A DNA stretch of 64,000 nt from a virus. The notes beneath the pieces were generated by a model. It ran no database searches, was not told the DNA's origin, and worked only from the letters and a program-made list of their open reading frames with translations. Below, piece after piece: positions 26,753 through 36,597 of the stretch. Numbering within the stretch: the stretch's first letter is position 1; each line of letters starts with the position of its first letter. The stretch lies in the IMG/VR virus record IMGVR_UViG_3300047476_001246; one strand, 5' to 3'. The translations under genes were made by a program, and so were the position numbers.

Positions 26753-28426
26753 TTAGCCCTCCACTAAATGATCTAAAGAAATTGGAATACTTTTTTGTTT
26801 CTTGGGTTTATCAAGCTTGGTATCCGATCCTTCAATTTCCAGATGTACTTCGGCCATTGTTTCGGAATTCAATGCTTTTTTACCTTTATTTCCTCGAGTA
26901 CCAATAATTTCCATCCAGTAGTTCTTATAGTACTCAATTATGGCCAAGCTTTCATCTTTGGTTGGTGCAGCAAAGATCGCTTCCACTAGGTCCTCAAACT
27001 TTTCATGTCCTGGACCTGAATACTGCATCATGTAAGGACGATCACCTGCATCAAATCGCCGATTGGCTTCTTGTACAGCAGTAATATGCATCCATACATT
27101 GTGTCCCATTAGCAACATATAGCTAAACGAATCCCAACTAGTTTTACCTTCCTTGCCATTCTTATTTAGGTCACCGGGCCGATATATACAAATGTCTTTC
27201 ATTTGTAAATGATCACTAATTGGACTTTCTTGCCAATTTGGATAAATGCCATCTTGTACTACACCATCTGACCATTTGCGAGTGTCCGTTGCATATTTTT
27301 TATCATCGGCACTTGGAGCCATTCTATAACTCCATTTACCCTCGTGTTCAAATGTATTTTCGTAATACACTTGGCCGTTGGCTGTTGCAAGAAACGGACT
27401 AGCACAATCAAAACTAATAGTGAAATCTGGATTCACATGTTTTCGTACAGCTCGTTGAATCACTGTTAATAGTACTGCCCACTCCAGTTTACTTGTACCT
27501 AGAAAGTGCATCCAGTCGTGGACGCCTTGTTGTAGCAAATTATCATATCGTAATGCAACCAGGCGTCTAAGAATCAGATCAACATCGCACATGTTCTGAC
27601 CTCCCATGGCCCAACCATCAAAATGTCGATCAGGATACTGTGCGGGATCACAGTACTTCTTCATTTCTTGATACCAAGACTCGGCGTTTGTGTGATTGGA
27701 GCCTTGTAAAACATTTAGAAACTTGGCACCACCGTTGTTCTTGCCTCGACGATTGGCAATAAAGTATTCGTTATTGAATTTTGTTGCTGCAATAGCTTCA
27801 GGTACAGTTTTAATTTTACAAGCGTCACTGGCTTTCTTGTCTTTAGTGACCCAAGTTGGAATATCAAGAATCATGCCGTAGTCAGCAATGCCATCTAACC
27901 ATTTAAGAACAGCATCTCGTTTCTTTTGTGCAGCATCCAATAACTTTTGATGTTCCTTCAATGGATCAACTACAACAGTTTTGCCTTTTTTATTAACTTC
28001 GGTGTAAGTACCCTGTGCCGCAAGATCCTTTAGTTCTTGTTGAACTTCAACGCTGCCAGGATCACGCCAGTCACCTTCCCACAGTCCTTTAGCAATCTGG
28101 AATCCACCCGAGTCGCCTAGCATGAACGTGCCTGATTCGCGTTTTCGAACCATGTCTTCGCTGGCGTCGTCTTTGGCAAGATCTAGGTTTGCGTGTCCGC
28201 CGGAGTAGAGGCTCCATCGGTACGGGAAGAGGGCTTGTTGGCTGTTGAGCCAATTGAATTGCTCCATGTCTTGTAGTGCCTTAGGCATACGAGCAGGATC
28301 AACATAGTCATTGTTAACACGTTGTTTTCCTATAAAAGTTGCATAGAAACCAGATATAGCAGGTAAGAAAACTGCATAATCTGATTGTTTACTAGTTAAA
28401 TTATCTTGGGTCATTGTAAAATTCAA
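26753..28426 (-). CDS. TGT-fold guanine transglycosylase (DpdA-like)
   Basis: DSGGFQ, LDIP, NVLQG, GWAMGG, HFLG, FDCAS and late HN; no CxCxxC zinc site of tRNA TGT. Confidence 0.8.
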   Translation of the reverse strand: MNFTMTQDNLTSKQSDYAVFLPAISGFYATFIGKQRVNNDYVDPARMPKALQDMEQFNWLNSQQALFPYRWSLYSGGHANLDLAKDDASEDMVRKRESGTFMLGDSGGFQIAKGLWEGDWRDPGSVEVQQELKDLAAQGTYTEVNKKGKTVVVDPLKEHQKLLDAAQKKRDAVLKWLDGIADYGMILDIPTWVTKDKKASDACKIKTVPEAIAATKFNNEYFIANRRGKNNGGAKFLNVLQGSNHTNAESWYQEMKKYCDPAQYPDRHFDGWAMGGQNMCDVDLILRRLVALRYDNLLQQGVHDWMHFLGTSKLEWAVLLTVIQRAVRKHVNPDFTISFDCASPFLATANGQVYYENTFEHEGKWSYRMAPSADDKKYATDTRKWSDGVVQDGIYPNWQESPISDHLQMKDICIYRPGDLNKNGKEGKTSWDSFSYMLLMGHNVWMHITAVQEANRRFDAGDRPYMMQYSGPGHEKFEDLVEAIFAAPTKDESLAIIEYYKNYWMEIIGTRGNKGKKALNSETMAEVHLEIEGSDTKLDKPKKQKSIPISLDHLVEG

Positions 28427-29021
28427 TAGTGTTTATAAATTCGTAATCTTCTTTATAAGCCTGTACTACTCGTGCTTTTAAATCTGGATTGTTTGCAATT
28501 TGTTTTTTGATAAATCTTGATACTTGTTCGGTATCATAATTGGATTCAGATTTATTAGCATTGACTGTGACAGTTGTATTTAGATCGTGTCCAAGAAACG
28601 AATTAATTTGTGGAACTAAATTCTCGTTATAACGAAAGAATACAGGATTATAATCAAGTATTTGTTTAATGTATTTTACTTGATGATCAGTGTGATCGTC
28701 AAATATCACTTGATCAAAGATAATTCGTTTTGCTAGATTGTTGTAATCTTCAACAAAGTGATCACTACCATAACCATAACCAAATAAATGTAATGCAGCA
28801 TAAGTGGCGAACCCACTGATCCATCGGTCCACTGGGTCTCGAACAAATGCCATTGTGGTTTTAATAGCAGAGGAATTTTCTAATATGTTCCAATGACTCC
28901 ACTCGTTTTCTTTTAGTACATTAGTTAAATATGTACTTGCATTTTTTGGAATATTGAGATAAAATATTTCCCGGGTGGGAGAAATCATTCCTCCCCCTGG
29001 GTAATATCCGCGATCTTGCAT
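28401..29021 (-). CDS. Sulfotransferase-family protein
   Basis: IPKNAST (5'-PSB-like), VRDP..RW.S and Y..DY. Confidence 0.7.
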   Translation of the reverse strand: MQDRGYYPGGGMISPTREIFYLNIPKNASTYLTNVLKENEWSHWNILENSSAIKTTMAFVRDPVDRWISGFATYAALHLFGYGYGSDHFVEDYNNLAKRIIFDQVIFDDHTDHQVKYIKQILDYNPVFFRYNENLVPQINSFLGHDLNTTVTVNANKSESNYDTEQVSRFIKKQIANNPDLKARVVQAYKEDYEFINTIEFYNDPR

Positions 29022-29743
29022 TACTTGGTTTGAGCAGGTAAAATGTAGTTGTAAACAGCCAGTCCTGAATCAACAGTAATCTGTGCCGCACCTTCATCAC
29101 TGAAGCGAATCATTTTGTCGCCTGGTAGACTCAAGATGCCAATAACAGCAGCAACTGGCCAGTGCCAAGCTTTAGACAAGCTACCAGACACATCATGGGC
29201 AAACACAAAATTGCCGGCATGACTTGAGTGGTCGCCAAAGTAAAATACTAGATTACCGTTTTCTACCCGGGCAATAAAAGTAGTTTCTTCACTGTTGGCT
29301 TGAGCCTGAAATTTCAAACGTTGAATACTGGCCACGCTTGGTTCAATTTCTACACCCCACTTGACGCCTTTGAACTTGACTGTCTTGAGTTTGTCATTGA
29401 CCACATTCGCAGTCATTAGGCGATAATCGTTTTTAAAATCACCATTTTTATTCTTGAACGAAATACCATCAGGGTCGCCGCCTTCTTTTTTTGTAATTAC
29501 AATAGCAGCATCTTCCTTGTATTCGGGAATGTTTAAGATAGTGTTTAGTTTACCTAGGCTAGGCATACCAAAAGTTCCAATAAACTCTGGAACTGGATTG
29601 TGAAACTGTGCTTGAATAATAGCAACCCGATCTTCGCTGACTGCGTCAATAACAGTAGCGGAATCTGTGCCTGTAATTTTTACCAAATCAATAAAACCGA
29701 GGCCATGAGTGTGCTGTACAATGTCGTGTAAATAGTCTTTCAT
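29021..29743 (-). CDS. Probable DNA sliding clamp (gp45-like)
   Basis: 240 aa, beta-rich two-domain pattern ending Y.YILPA; near the polymerase; clamp loader in the window. Confidence 0.6.
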   Translation of the reverse strand: MKDYLHDIVQHTHGLGFIDLVKITGTDSATVIDAVSEDRVAIIQAQFHNPVPEFIGTFGMPSLGKLNTILNIPEYKEDAAIVITKKEGGDPDGISFKNKNGDFKNDYRLMTANVVNDKLKTVKFKGVKWGVEIEPSVASIQRLKFQAQANSEETTFIARVENGNLVFYFGDHSSHAGNFVFAHDVSGSLSKAWHWPVAAVIGILSLPGDKMIRFSDEGAAQITVDSGLAVYNYILPAQTK

Positions 29744-29791
29744 TTAGATCTCCAATAATAGTTGTAAGTTTAGCAAAGGTATTTAGACAAG

Positions 29792-30724
29792 TCAATGGTT
29801 AATTTGTTTTATTTCACCAAGTGCTTGTGATGCTTTTATCGAATTTAGGACACCTTGCTTTTTAAATTCAATAAACGAGTGCGATGGGTCAGAGTTATAA
29901 CTGATAACAGTTTCAAATCCTATACTCTCTGCCATTGGTACCAGTATAGATTCTGGCACATAGGTCATAAAATAACTTTCTGCAAGGCCAGCCGATGTTG
30001 ATAAATCAGCATTGTTGTAAGTGAAAATAATAGTGCCGCCGGGTCGCAGCCATTCCATGGCCTGTAGCAACAGTTGTTTGATACTGTCAACACTGAGATA
30101 ATTAAAAAAATTAAAACTAAAGATTAAACCAAATTGATTTTTTGGCAAGTTATCAATTTTATAAAAATCGTGTATCAGGTATTTCCTTACTCTGCCTCGA
30201 TATAGATCTGGAAATTGTTCTACAGCAGATGTGAGAAACTCAGGAAACACATCAGCAATATATAGTGGATCACTTGCGACCAACAGTTTGGTCCAATCTC
30301 CGTCTCTACAACCAATTTCAAGAGCAGGGTATTTCCAATTGCTATACAAATTGATTCTTTTTGCAAGCTCTTCGAGAAATTTGTCGTTCTCGGGCATGAC
30401 TCTGACTTTTCGAATAAATTCTGGGCTTACGTGTTTTAGTTCAGTTTGATAATTTTCTTGAAAAAATCTACTAGATAACGAAGTAATTCTTTCTTGAACT
30501 TCTTCGTAAATTACACGCACATTCTTTATATCTTGTTCTAGTGCAAATGTTATTTTTTTGTGATCTTCGGCTGCAGATAGAATTTTATCTGCAATGTCTT
30601 GATCTATGTTATTTGTTATTGTGTTTAATCGTGCGTAATTTTTTTCAATTTCTGTTTTGATAATTGAAGTATCTAGAACTTTAGCTAGTTGATTGCGTAA
30701 TTGTACAAGCTCAGATAAATTCAT
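29792..30724 (-). CDS. Class I SAM methyltransferase with N-terminal coiled coil
   Basis: LEIGC..G, IAD and LRPGG. Confidence 0.75.
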   Translation of the reverse strand: MNLSELVQLRNQLAKVLDTSIIKTEIEKNYARLNTITNNIDQDIADKILSAAEDHKKITFALEQDIKNVRVIYEEVQERITSLSSRFFQENYQTELKHVSPEFIRKVRVMPENDKFLEELAKRINLYSNWKYPALEIGCRDGDWTKLLVASDPLYIADVFPEFLTSAVEQFPDLYRGRVRKYLIHDFYKIDNLPKNQFGLIFSFNFFNYLSVDSIKQLLLQAMEWLRPGGTIIFTYNNADLSTSAGLAESYFMTYVPESILVPMAESIGFETVISYNSDPSHSFIEFKKQGVLNSIKASQALGEIKQINH

Positions 30725-30751
30725 CGAATAGCACCATTTACAGTTAGATAT

Positions 30752-33412
30752 TTATTCGAACGTGAACAAGCTATCGAATGTTGTTTTGATATCAGTATGC
30801 GAGGGAATATCCCAATCAAGAACTCCTAATAGATTTTCTACTTTTTGATCCACAATAGTAGTTTCCATCAGTCCATCATCAAATGGTAGATCTTTAAACC
30901 ATTGCGGAATATGTGTTTCGTCTGTGGGATAACCTACACTGGTATAGCCCAGAGGATTGTCTTTGAGTTTACACACAATGGTTTTCATGCCATCAATGAT
31001 AGACATAGAATAGTTGTCTCCGTGCATACGACGCAAGTTATTCCAGTTCATTGCTGCACGTACATGCCCGGGCATGTTGGCTCGGCCGAGACGTTCTTCT
31101 TCTTTGCTATACTTGGTCAAGTTGTTCACACGTTTAGGAGTACCTTTTTCCCAGGCTGGTCTATCCTGAAACGCAAGTTTGAATTCGCGTACCTTGTCGT
31201 ACACATGATCCGGTTTCGCTCCTGTTAGAACATCAGTTAACAATTCACTTAAGAAATCCTGCACAACCTTGGGAGTATCAGACCGTTTAAGGTCAAGCCC
31301 CATTGCTTTTACTTTACCGGGCTTGCCGTGTGTGTCTAGTCTATTATTTTCTAAATCATAAATTAGTACTGCATAGCGTTTCTTCTTTATGAATAGTCCC
31401 TTGCTAGCAACAAGCTCCCGCCCTCCTTTGATAAGCGAACCCATCGATCGCGGTACGTGACACGCTCGTTCCATAAAGGCCGGAAAACTTGCGTTAACTT
31501 GATCAGCGATTGAATCATAGAGCTGCACACAGATTTCTTTGTTCCACTCCATACGTCCGGCTTCAACTTCTTCTCTAACAGCAGGCCAAGCTGTAAAATA
31601 GCAACTGTCAGTGTCGCCGTAGATGATACTTTTACCCACATGGTCGTACTCTCCGAAGATGCACTCATTGATATACGCATCCATGTGCCTAGCAATGATA
31701 CGTCCAGTGAGCGTAGTGCTTTGACCAATCCTTTTGTCGAAAAATCTACAACCTGGGTTGAGAATTGCTCCGTAGAGACTGTTAAGGTTAATCTTTTTAA
31801 CCAGCTGTCTCTTATCCCAAAAAGCCTTGTCTTCTTCAGTAGTTGCTTCTTTTTTCTTGGCTTGCAACTCCTTGCGTTCTGCATACCACCTCTCAAGTAG
31901 TCCTGGCACAACTGCCTTTTGTTCATAACTGAATATAGTGCCGTTGGCACTCAGCATCCAGGGTCGATTACTGTCAAATATTAGTCGCCAAATGTCAGCA
32001 GCACTCATAACATCTGACCCACCAGCTTCCCAATCAACTGTAATTTCTGTACCAGGTTCAGCATTCATTACAGCAGTATATTCAAGACTGCCAAACATGT
32101 TTTCCCAGGCGTCAGCAAAACTTGATCCTGCAGCTATTTTGTCTTGAATATATCTATCAGTCATTATTGGCCGGAGTTGGCCAACGATGGACTCTTGTGC
32201 CATATTAAGAGCGCGGATTGCTGACGGGTAGAGACTGTTGATGTCGATTGCGCCGATCCAGTCGTGCATGCCTTTTTTGGGGAAAGCAACATAGGCACCT
32301 GCTGCTTGTGTGTCACCTTGATCATCTCTATTTTTCCTATTAGGGACTACTAGTCCACGTTGATGTGCTTCGTTGATAATCGCCTGCTCAGTGACTGCTA
32401 CAGCACCCATGGTTGTTTGCAGTAATACTGTATTGTCATGTGCAAGTTCGTTCGCTAGATCCAAGAAACGCAGTTTCTTGTCTAGTTTGGCCACAAGCAT
32501 GGTATCTTGCCTGTTGTAATCAATAAATTTTGGAAAATCTTTGTTGTATAACTGATCTAGGGTTCCTTCATATTGTGTCTTGCGTTCATCAAGCTCGTAC
32601 TCGCCAATGGCATCCAAACTATAACTGTGACGTTCTTCGTATGTGTACTTTCTATACAATTGCATATAGTCCATATGCACACGACCAATCAAGTCAAACG
32701 TGAGATTCTCTGCACCAAAACGTTCAAATGTACGTTGCTTGGGCAGTTGACCCCATAAGCAGAATCTACGGGTGTCATCTTTGTTTAATACCTTGGTGGT
32801 ACGCATGACCATGTACGGAATATCGAAGCCTTCCGAGTTCCACCCGCTTAGTATATCTGCATCATCGATCAAATCTAAAAAAGTATTCAATAGATCTTCT
32901 TCACGTTCGAACAAGAAACAGTTGTCGTACTTGTCGCAGATTTCTTGTGCAGTTTCCCAACTGTACGATTTTGGTGGCACAACAAGCGTGACCAATTTGT
33001 CCATCCAGTCTAGATAAACACTAATGGCAGTAATTGGATTAAACGGATCGTCGGGTCGACTAAAACCTCTTACTGGGTCGAAGTCAACCTCAATGTCGAA
33101 AAACGCAGTTTGCAGTTTTGGCGAGTTGGCTCCAAGATAGTGCTCTTCCAAACAGCGGAATACAGGATTGATATCCGATTCCCAAAGACGCTTGTTAGAA
33201 TTAATACGCAGCTCTTTTTGGAACTCCTTGTACGAACGACTTGAAAACCTGCTAACAGGAGTGTCGTAGACAGTACGGAACTTACCGCGAGGGTCGTCGT
33301 AGTAAAAGATGTAATTGGCCGGATATTCTTTATATACCCTTCCGCCATTGACTCGTTCCACAACATGGATGCGATCTTGATTACGATCATAAAGTGCGTC
33401 AACATAACTCAT
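30752..33412 (-). CDS. Family B DNA polymerase (gp43-like)
   Basis: ExoI DIE, ExoII GWN..GFD, ExoIII YN..D; DINSLYPS, K..LNSLYG, YGDTDS and KKRY. Confidence 0.97.
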   Translation of the reverse strand: MSYVDALYDRNQDRIHVVERVNGGRVYKEYPANYIFYYDDPRGKFRTVYDTPVSRFSSRSYKEFQKELRINSNKRLWESDINPVFRCLEEHYLGANSPKLQTAFFDIEVDFDPVRGFSRPDDPFNPITAISVYLDWMDKLVTLVVPPKSYSWETAQEICDKYDNCFLFEREEDLLNTFLDLIDDADILSGWNSEGFDIPYMVMRTTKVLNKDDTRRFCLWGQLPKQRTFERFGAENLTFDLIGRVHMDYMQLYRKYTYEERHSYSLDAIGEYELDERKTQYEGTLDQLYNKDFPKFIDYNRQDTMLVAKLDKKLRFLDLANELAHDNTVLLQTTMGAVAVTEQAIINEAHQRGLVVPNRKNRDDQGDTQAAGAYVAFPKKGMHDWIGAIDINSLYPSAIRALNMAQESIVGQLRPIMTDRYIQDKIAAGSSFADAWENMFGSLEYTAVMNAEPGTEITVDWEAGGSDVMSAADIWRLIFDSNRPWMLSANGTIFSYEQKAVVPGLLERWYAERKELQAKKKEATTEEDKAFWDKRQLVKKINLNSLYGAILNPGCRFFDKRIGQSTTLTGRIIARHMDAYINECIFGEYDHVGKSIIYGDTDSCYFTAWPAVREEVEAGRMEWNKEICVQLYDSIADQVNASFPAFMERACHVPRSMGSLIKGGRELVASKGLFIKKKRYAVLIYDLENNRLDTHGKPGKVKAMGLDLKRSDTPKVVQDFLSELLTDVLTGAKPDHVYDKVREFKLAFQDRPAWEKGTPKRVNNLTKYSKEEERLGRANMPGHVRAAMNWNNLRRMHGDNYSMSIIDGMKTIVCKLKDNPLGYTSVGYPTDETHIPQWFKDLPFDDGLMETTIVDQKVENLLGVLDWDIPSHTDIKTTFDSLFTFE

Positions 33413-33552
33413 GTGTATATTTTATTATTTTTTAAAGAAAAAATCAACTATGTATTCGCAAACATGTGCAAAGCATAATGCGGCGATCATAATAACAGAC
33501 ATAACTGCTCCCGATACCAACCAATATGCAATGATCCTTAATGCTATTTCGA

Positions 33553-33840
33553 TCACGCAATCATCCTTACCAGCCCAATCGTATCAATGGTGGTGAGCAA
33601 TATGTAGTTAGCCAGCATACCAAAGGATTTACGACTCCAAGCAGCCCAAGCATACATAGCACAACCCCCAATCCAAATAGGATATAGAAGAAGGAGTGGA
33701 GGATTGGGTACCGTGAGCGCCATTGCGACGGCGCATCCAATTGAAAGTGCCCAAGCAAGAAGCTCAATAACAAAACGTACACGGTTTGATGACCAATCAT
33801 CTCGTATCCATTGGATTATGCTCGATACAACATTGATCAA
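33553..33840 (-). CDS. Three-TM membrane protein
   Basis: Hydrophobic helices. Confidence 0.6.
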   Translation of the reverse strand: MINVVSSIIQWIRDDWSSNRVRFVIELLAWALSIGCAVAMALTVPNPPLLLLYPIWIGGCAMYAWAAWSRKSFGMLANYILLTTIDTIGLVRMIA

Positions 33841-34097
33841 AGAGTTTTACCTACTGTTTGAAGAATAGTGTTTAGTTCTTCGTTGTCGGCGTTCTCGTCG
33901 CCTAGTTTGCTTTTATGAGCAATCTTGATTGCTTTTTTAAGAATGGCAGGTTTGATTTCCATTTCTTCAGCAATGGCTTTGATAGTGTCACTAAGTCCGG
34001 CATTGAGATCTTCAACTTCTTGCATGACTGCCATGCCTTCGTTAATGATTTGAGTAAGTTTAGCTTTTTGTTCGGAAGAGAACATACGTGAGCTCAT
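33837..34097 (-). CDS. T4 DsbA/GapR-like dsDNA-binding protein
   Basis: Helical 86-aa protein with I.E......E.....D....A.E.......L.K.I; AGGAGA RBS. Confidence 0.65.
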   Translation of the reverse strand: MSSRMFSSEQKAKLTQIINEGMAVMQEVEDLNAGLSDTIKAIAEEMEIKPAILKKAIKIAHKSKLGDENADNEELNTILQTVGKTL

Positions 34098-34121
34098 AAA
34101 ATCTCCTAAGTTAAAAATAAT

Positions 34122-34150
34122 ATTATAGATGAATGTTTTTGCAATTGCAA
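34122..34150 (-). promoter_or_regulatory. Sigma70-type promoter
   Basis: TTGCAA-17-TATAAT. Confidence 0.7.
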
Positions 34151-34157
34151 GAAAATT

Positions 34158-34234
34158 TTGCTCACTTTAACTCTCGGGGCACGACTCCTCTGAGTAGGGC
34201 AGCAGCCGCCCACACACGGTCCTAAGGTGTGTTC
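34158..34234. ncRNA. Candidate structured RNA with three consecutive hairpins; function unknown
   Basis: GC-rich intergenic stems ACTC/GAGT, GGGC/GCCC and ACACAC/GTGTGT. Confidence 0.5.
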
Positions 34235-34414
34235 TTATTTTTTAGGTTCGCAGGTGCGTGTTCTCAGGACCGTACCGTCGGGTTGTTTCTGTTCCTTCCA
34301 TTCGGAACACGTTTGAGTTTCGGTTTTTTCTGACATCAGTTGATCTACAGTCCAATTGGCTCCCATCCAACCCATTGCACTAAAAAATCCCCATACTAAC
34401 ATTTCGCCTATCAT
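34235..34414 (-). CDS. Small protein, 59 aa (not in track)
   Basis: MIGEMLVWGFFSAMGWMGANW...CSEWKE...RTRTCEPKK. Confidence 0.55.
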   Translation of the reverse strand: MIGEMLVWGFFSAMGWMGANWTVDQLMSEKTETQTCSEWKEQKQPDGTVLRTRTCEPKK

Positions 34415-34983
34415 TTTGGTAATCTTTCTTGAATAATTTGAATCACTTGATCGCTCAAAACCACTTCATAATGATTATACTCTACTTCTATTAGATCCAT
34501 GTCCTTGCCATGATGTTTCTGACTGGCAATAGTGACCACACCGTCATTTTTTCCCATTACCCAGGGAGTATCTCCTTGAGTAGTGACAATATTGCACCAA
34601 GGGTGTTGTACTTGAATTTTATTTGCTTCTCGCATGGCCCAACTGTTAGGTCCAATATCTTTGAGAAGTCTGCTGTATGGTAAAAAATATTTGGCCACAT
34701 CCGCTACCTCGGCACCACCATACGGGGTACTCAAGGTCACTGCCCCAATTACATTATCAGGAAATTTGTTTGCAAGATGCAGTGCATATATACCGCCCAA
34801 GCTATGACATATGAAAAAAACTTTTTGTAAATCTTTTATTTGATTGCCTAGGTCCTCAAGATTTTTTTGAAATCCGTTGCGACTATCGTAGTTAACAACC
34901 AAATCGTTGCCACCGAGATGTTTTCTGATGTAATTGAAACTTTCACTGGTAGCGTTTGCTCCGTGTATGTACACTAATAACAT
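34411..34983 (-). CDS. Alpha/beta hydrolase
   Basis: IHG, HSLGG nucleophile elbow, STPYGG, NDGVV and H. Confidence 0.85.
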   Translation of the reverse strand: MLLVYIHGANATSESFNYIRKHLGGNDLVVNYDSRNGFQKNLEDLGNQIKDLQKVFFICHSLGGIYALHLANKFPDNVIGAVTLSTPYGGAEVADVAKYFLPYSRLLKDIGPNSWAMREANKIQVQHPWCNIVTTQGDTPWVMGKNDGVVTIASQKHHGKDMDLIEVEYNHYEVVLSDQVIQIIQERLPK

Positions 34984-36137
34984 TATCTATACTCCAACCA
35001 AAGGTCTGCAAATTTTAATTTAAAATTTGGCCAATACGTGTCTTCTTGATTTTTATGCCATTTGTAAAGATTATCGCAATTGGTATGTGTTGGCGTGATA
35101 CTGTTTAAACTGTTGGCCATGTCCTCTAGGAATCTTTCCTGTACTGGGGAATAGTGATATTGCATGGACTTTTTAAGTTCGTCAATTGCTTTTGAAATGA
35201 ATTCTTTTGGTAGACTAGCAACACTTAAAATGTTAGGATGGTGCAATTCATTCCAACGCATCATTGGTATGTCGTTGTCGGCAAAGTATTCGTGCAGCGT
35301 CGACAACTGTAAGGCATTATAAACACAATATTGACTGGTGATTCCAATCCTGTGACCAGGACTCTGTTTGACGCTTTCTTTCAAATACTTTAGATTTTCT
35401 AGCATGGTATTCCAACTGCTACCATGTCTGACATATTCAAATTGTTGTTCTACTGTTTCAAAACTGATATCCCACATTACATTTTTCTTGGTTATTAATT
35501 TTTGAAAAATACGATTGTTTGCAAGTGGAACACTTAGATTGGTAATGACATTGATAGATACGTTTTCGTCAATTGCATCTAGTAGGTAATCATTTTCTTT
35601 TTGCAACAAAGGCTCGCCGCCCAGTAAGGCCAAATTCTTTAGCGTGCTCTTGTTTGATTCAATAAACTTTACAATATCTTCAATGGTGTTATCGTAATTC
35701 AATCGATCTAGAGGTTGCTTTTTTAACGAGGCCCATTGACTACTGGCCTCTTGATCGCAGTACACACAACTTAAATTACAGGTATTTGACCAACGTATAT
35801 CTAAATTTTGTAGTTTTGTGTCGTGTACATTGTCAATGTTGATTGTTTCGTTGTTGGCAATATCGTTGTACCACGACCGTTCACTTACTGAACTGTGTTG
35901 TTCTTGTCTATAGCAGATATCACAATTGCTGTCGTGCTTGTTGTCAACAATTGATTTTTTTATTTCGATCAGTTTGTGATCTGAGAGCAAATTGGTGATT
36001 GGGGTGGTTCGTAAATCACCAATTGATTTGGTTCCGGCACAACATGTTTTAAATGTACCACCGGTATTGATATGAATATTGGTCCAAGGGGCATAACAGA
36101 AATTAGGGCCAATTTCGTTGCTAAGTTTTATAGACAT
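34983..36137 (-). CDS. Radical SAM protein with N-terminal SPASM/twitch-like domain
   Basis: C..PW...CC, CxxC, CNLSCVYC, GGEPLL and YVR.G..W. Confidence 0.85.
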   Translation of the reverse strand: MSIKLSNEIGPNFCYAPWTNIHINTGGTFKTCCAGTKSIGDLRTTPITNLLSDHKLIEIKKSIVDNKHDSNCDICYRQEQHSSVSERSWYNDIANNETINIDNVHDTKLQNLDIRWSNTCNLSCVYCDQEASSQWASLKKQPLDRLNYDNTIEDIVKFIESNKSTLKNLALLGGEPLLQKENDYLLDAIDENVSINVITNLSVPLANNRIFQKLITKKNVMWDISFETVEQQFEYVRHGSSWNTMLENLKYLKESVKQSPGHRIGITSQYCVYNALQLSTLHEYFADNDIPMMRWNELHHPNILSVASLPKEFISKAIDELKKSMQYHYSPVQERFLEDMANSLNSITPTHTNCDNLYKWHKNQEDTYWPNFKLKFADLWLEYR

Positions 36138-36140
36138 ACA

Positions 36141-36575
36141 CTATTTAAGTGTACTACGTAGCATCCAAGAATGTTTTTTGTGTGCGTCCTGTCTACCAGC
36201 CAAGAAATCACTCAATCCATGCATGCCCAATTCTTCGCTAGCATTGAACACTATACGAAACATTTCGGCCATTTTGTCGCTGTCTTCGAGCAATTCCATG
36301 AGCATGGCTTCGGCTGGTAAAATTTCAACTTCGTCATCTACCAGACTAAGGATGCTGAAACGTGTAAACGAGCCCGGAGTGTATGTGCCAGTGGCTCGAA
36401 TTTCTTCAGCAAAGGTATCTATGCTACCATACACTTCTTCGTAGATTTTTGCAAACAAATCGTGCAGTTGAGGAAAATTGGGTCCTTCAACATTCCAGTG
36501 AAAATACTGTGCCTTTAAATAAAAAGCAAATTCGCTAGCAAAAGCAATTTTTAGTGCTCGTTGTAATTCGTCCAT
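36141..36575 (-). CDS. dps: Dps / DNA starvation-protection ferritin-like protein
   Basis: HWNV.G..F..LH..F...YE, D..AE and K..WML. Confidence 0.9.
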   Translation of the reverse strand: MDELQRALKIAFASEFAFYLKAQYFHWNVEGPNFPQLHDLFAKIYEEVYGSIDTFAEEIRATGTYTPGSFTRFSILSLVDDEVEILPAEAMLMELLEDSDKMAEMFRIVFNASEELGMHGLSDFLAGRQDAHKKHSWMLRSTLK

Positions 36576-36597
36576 ATCAAAACCTTAATACGAGTAT

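Noticed and set aside
26753-28426. Ordinary tRNA queuine TGT (tgt)
   Set aside because: Despite DSGGFQ, it lacks the CxCxxC zinc motif, has large insertions and lies beside replication genes; the gene symbol is withheld.
30752-33412. Intein or intron in the DNA polymerase
   Set aside because: 886 aa with normally spaced motifs and no splicing signatures.
34158-34234. rRNA gene fragment or tRNA
   Set aside because: Only short loop motifs match, from both 16S and 23S and in non-native order; there is no cloverleaf. Kept as a candidate ncRNA instead.
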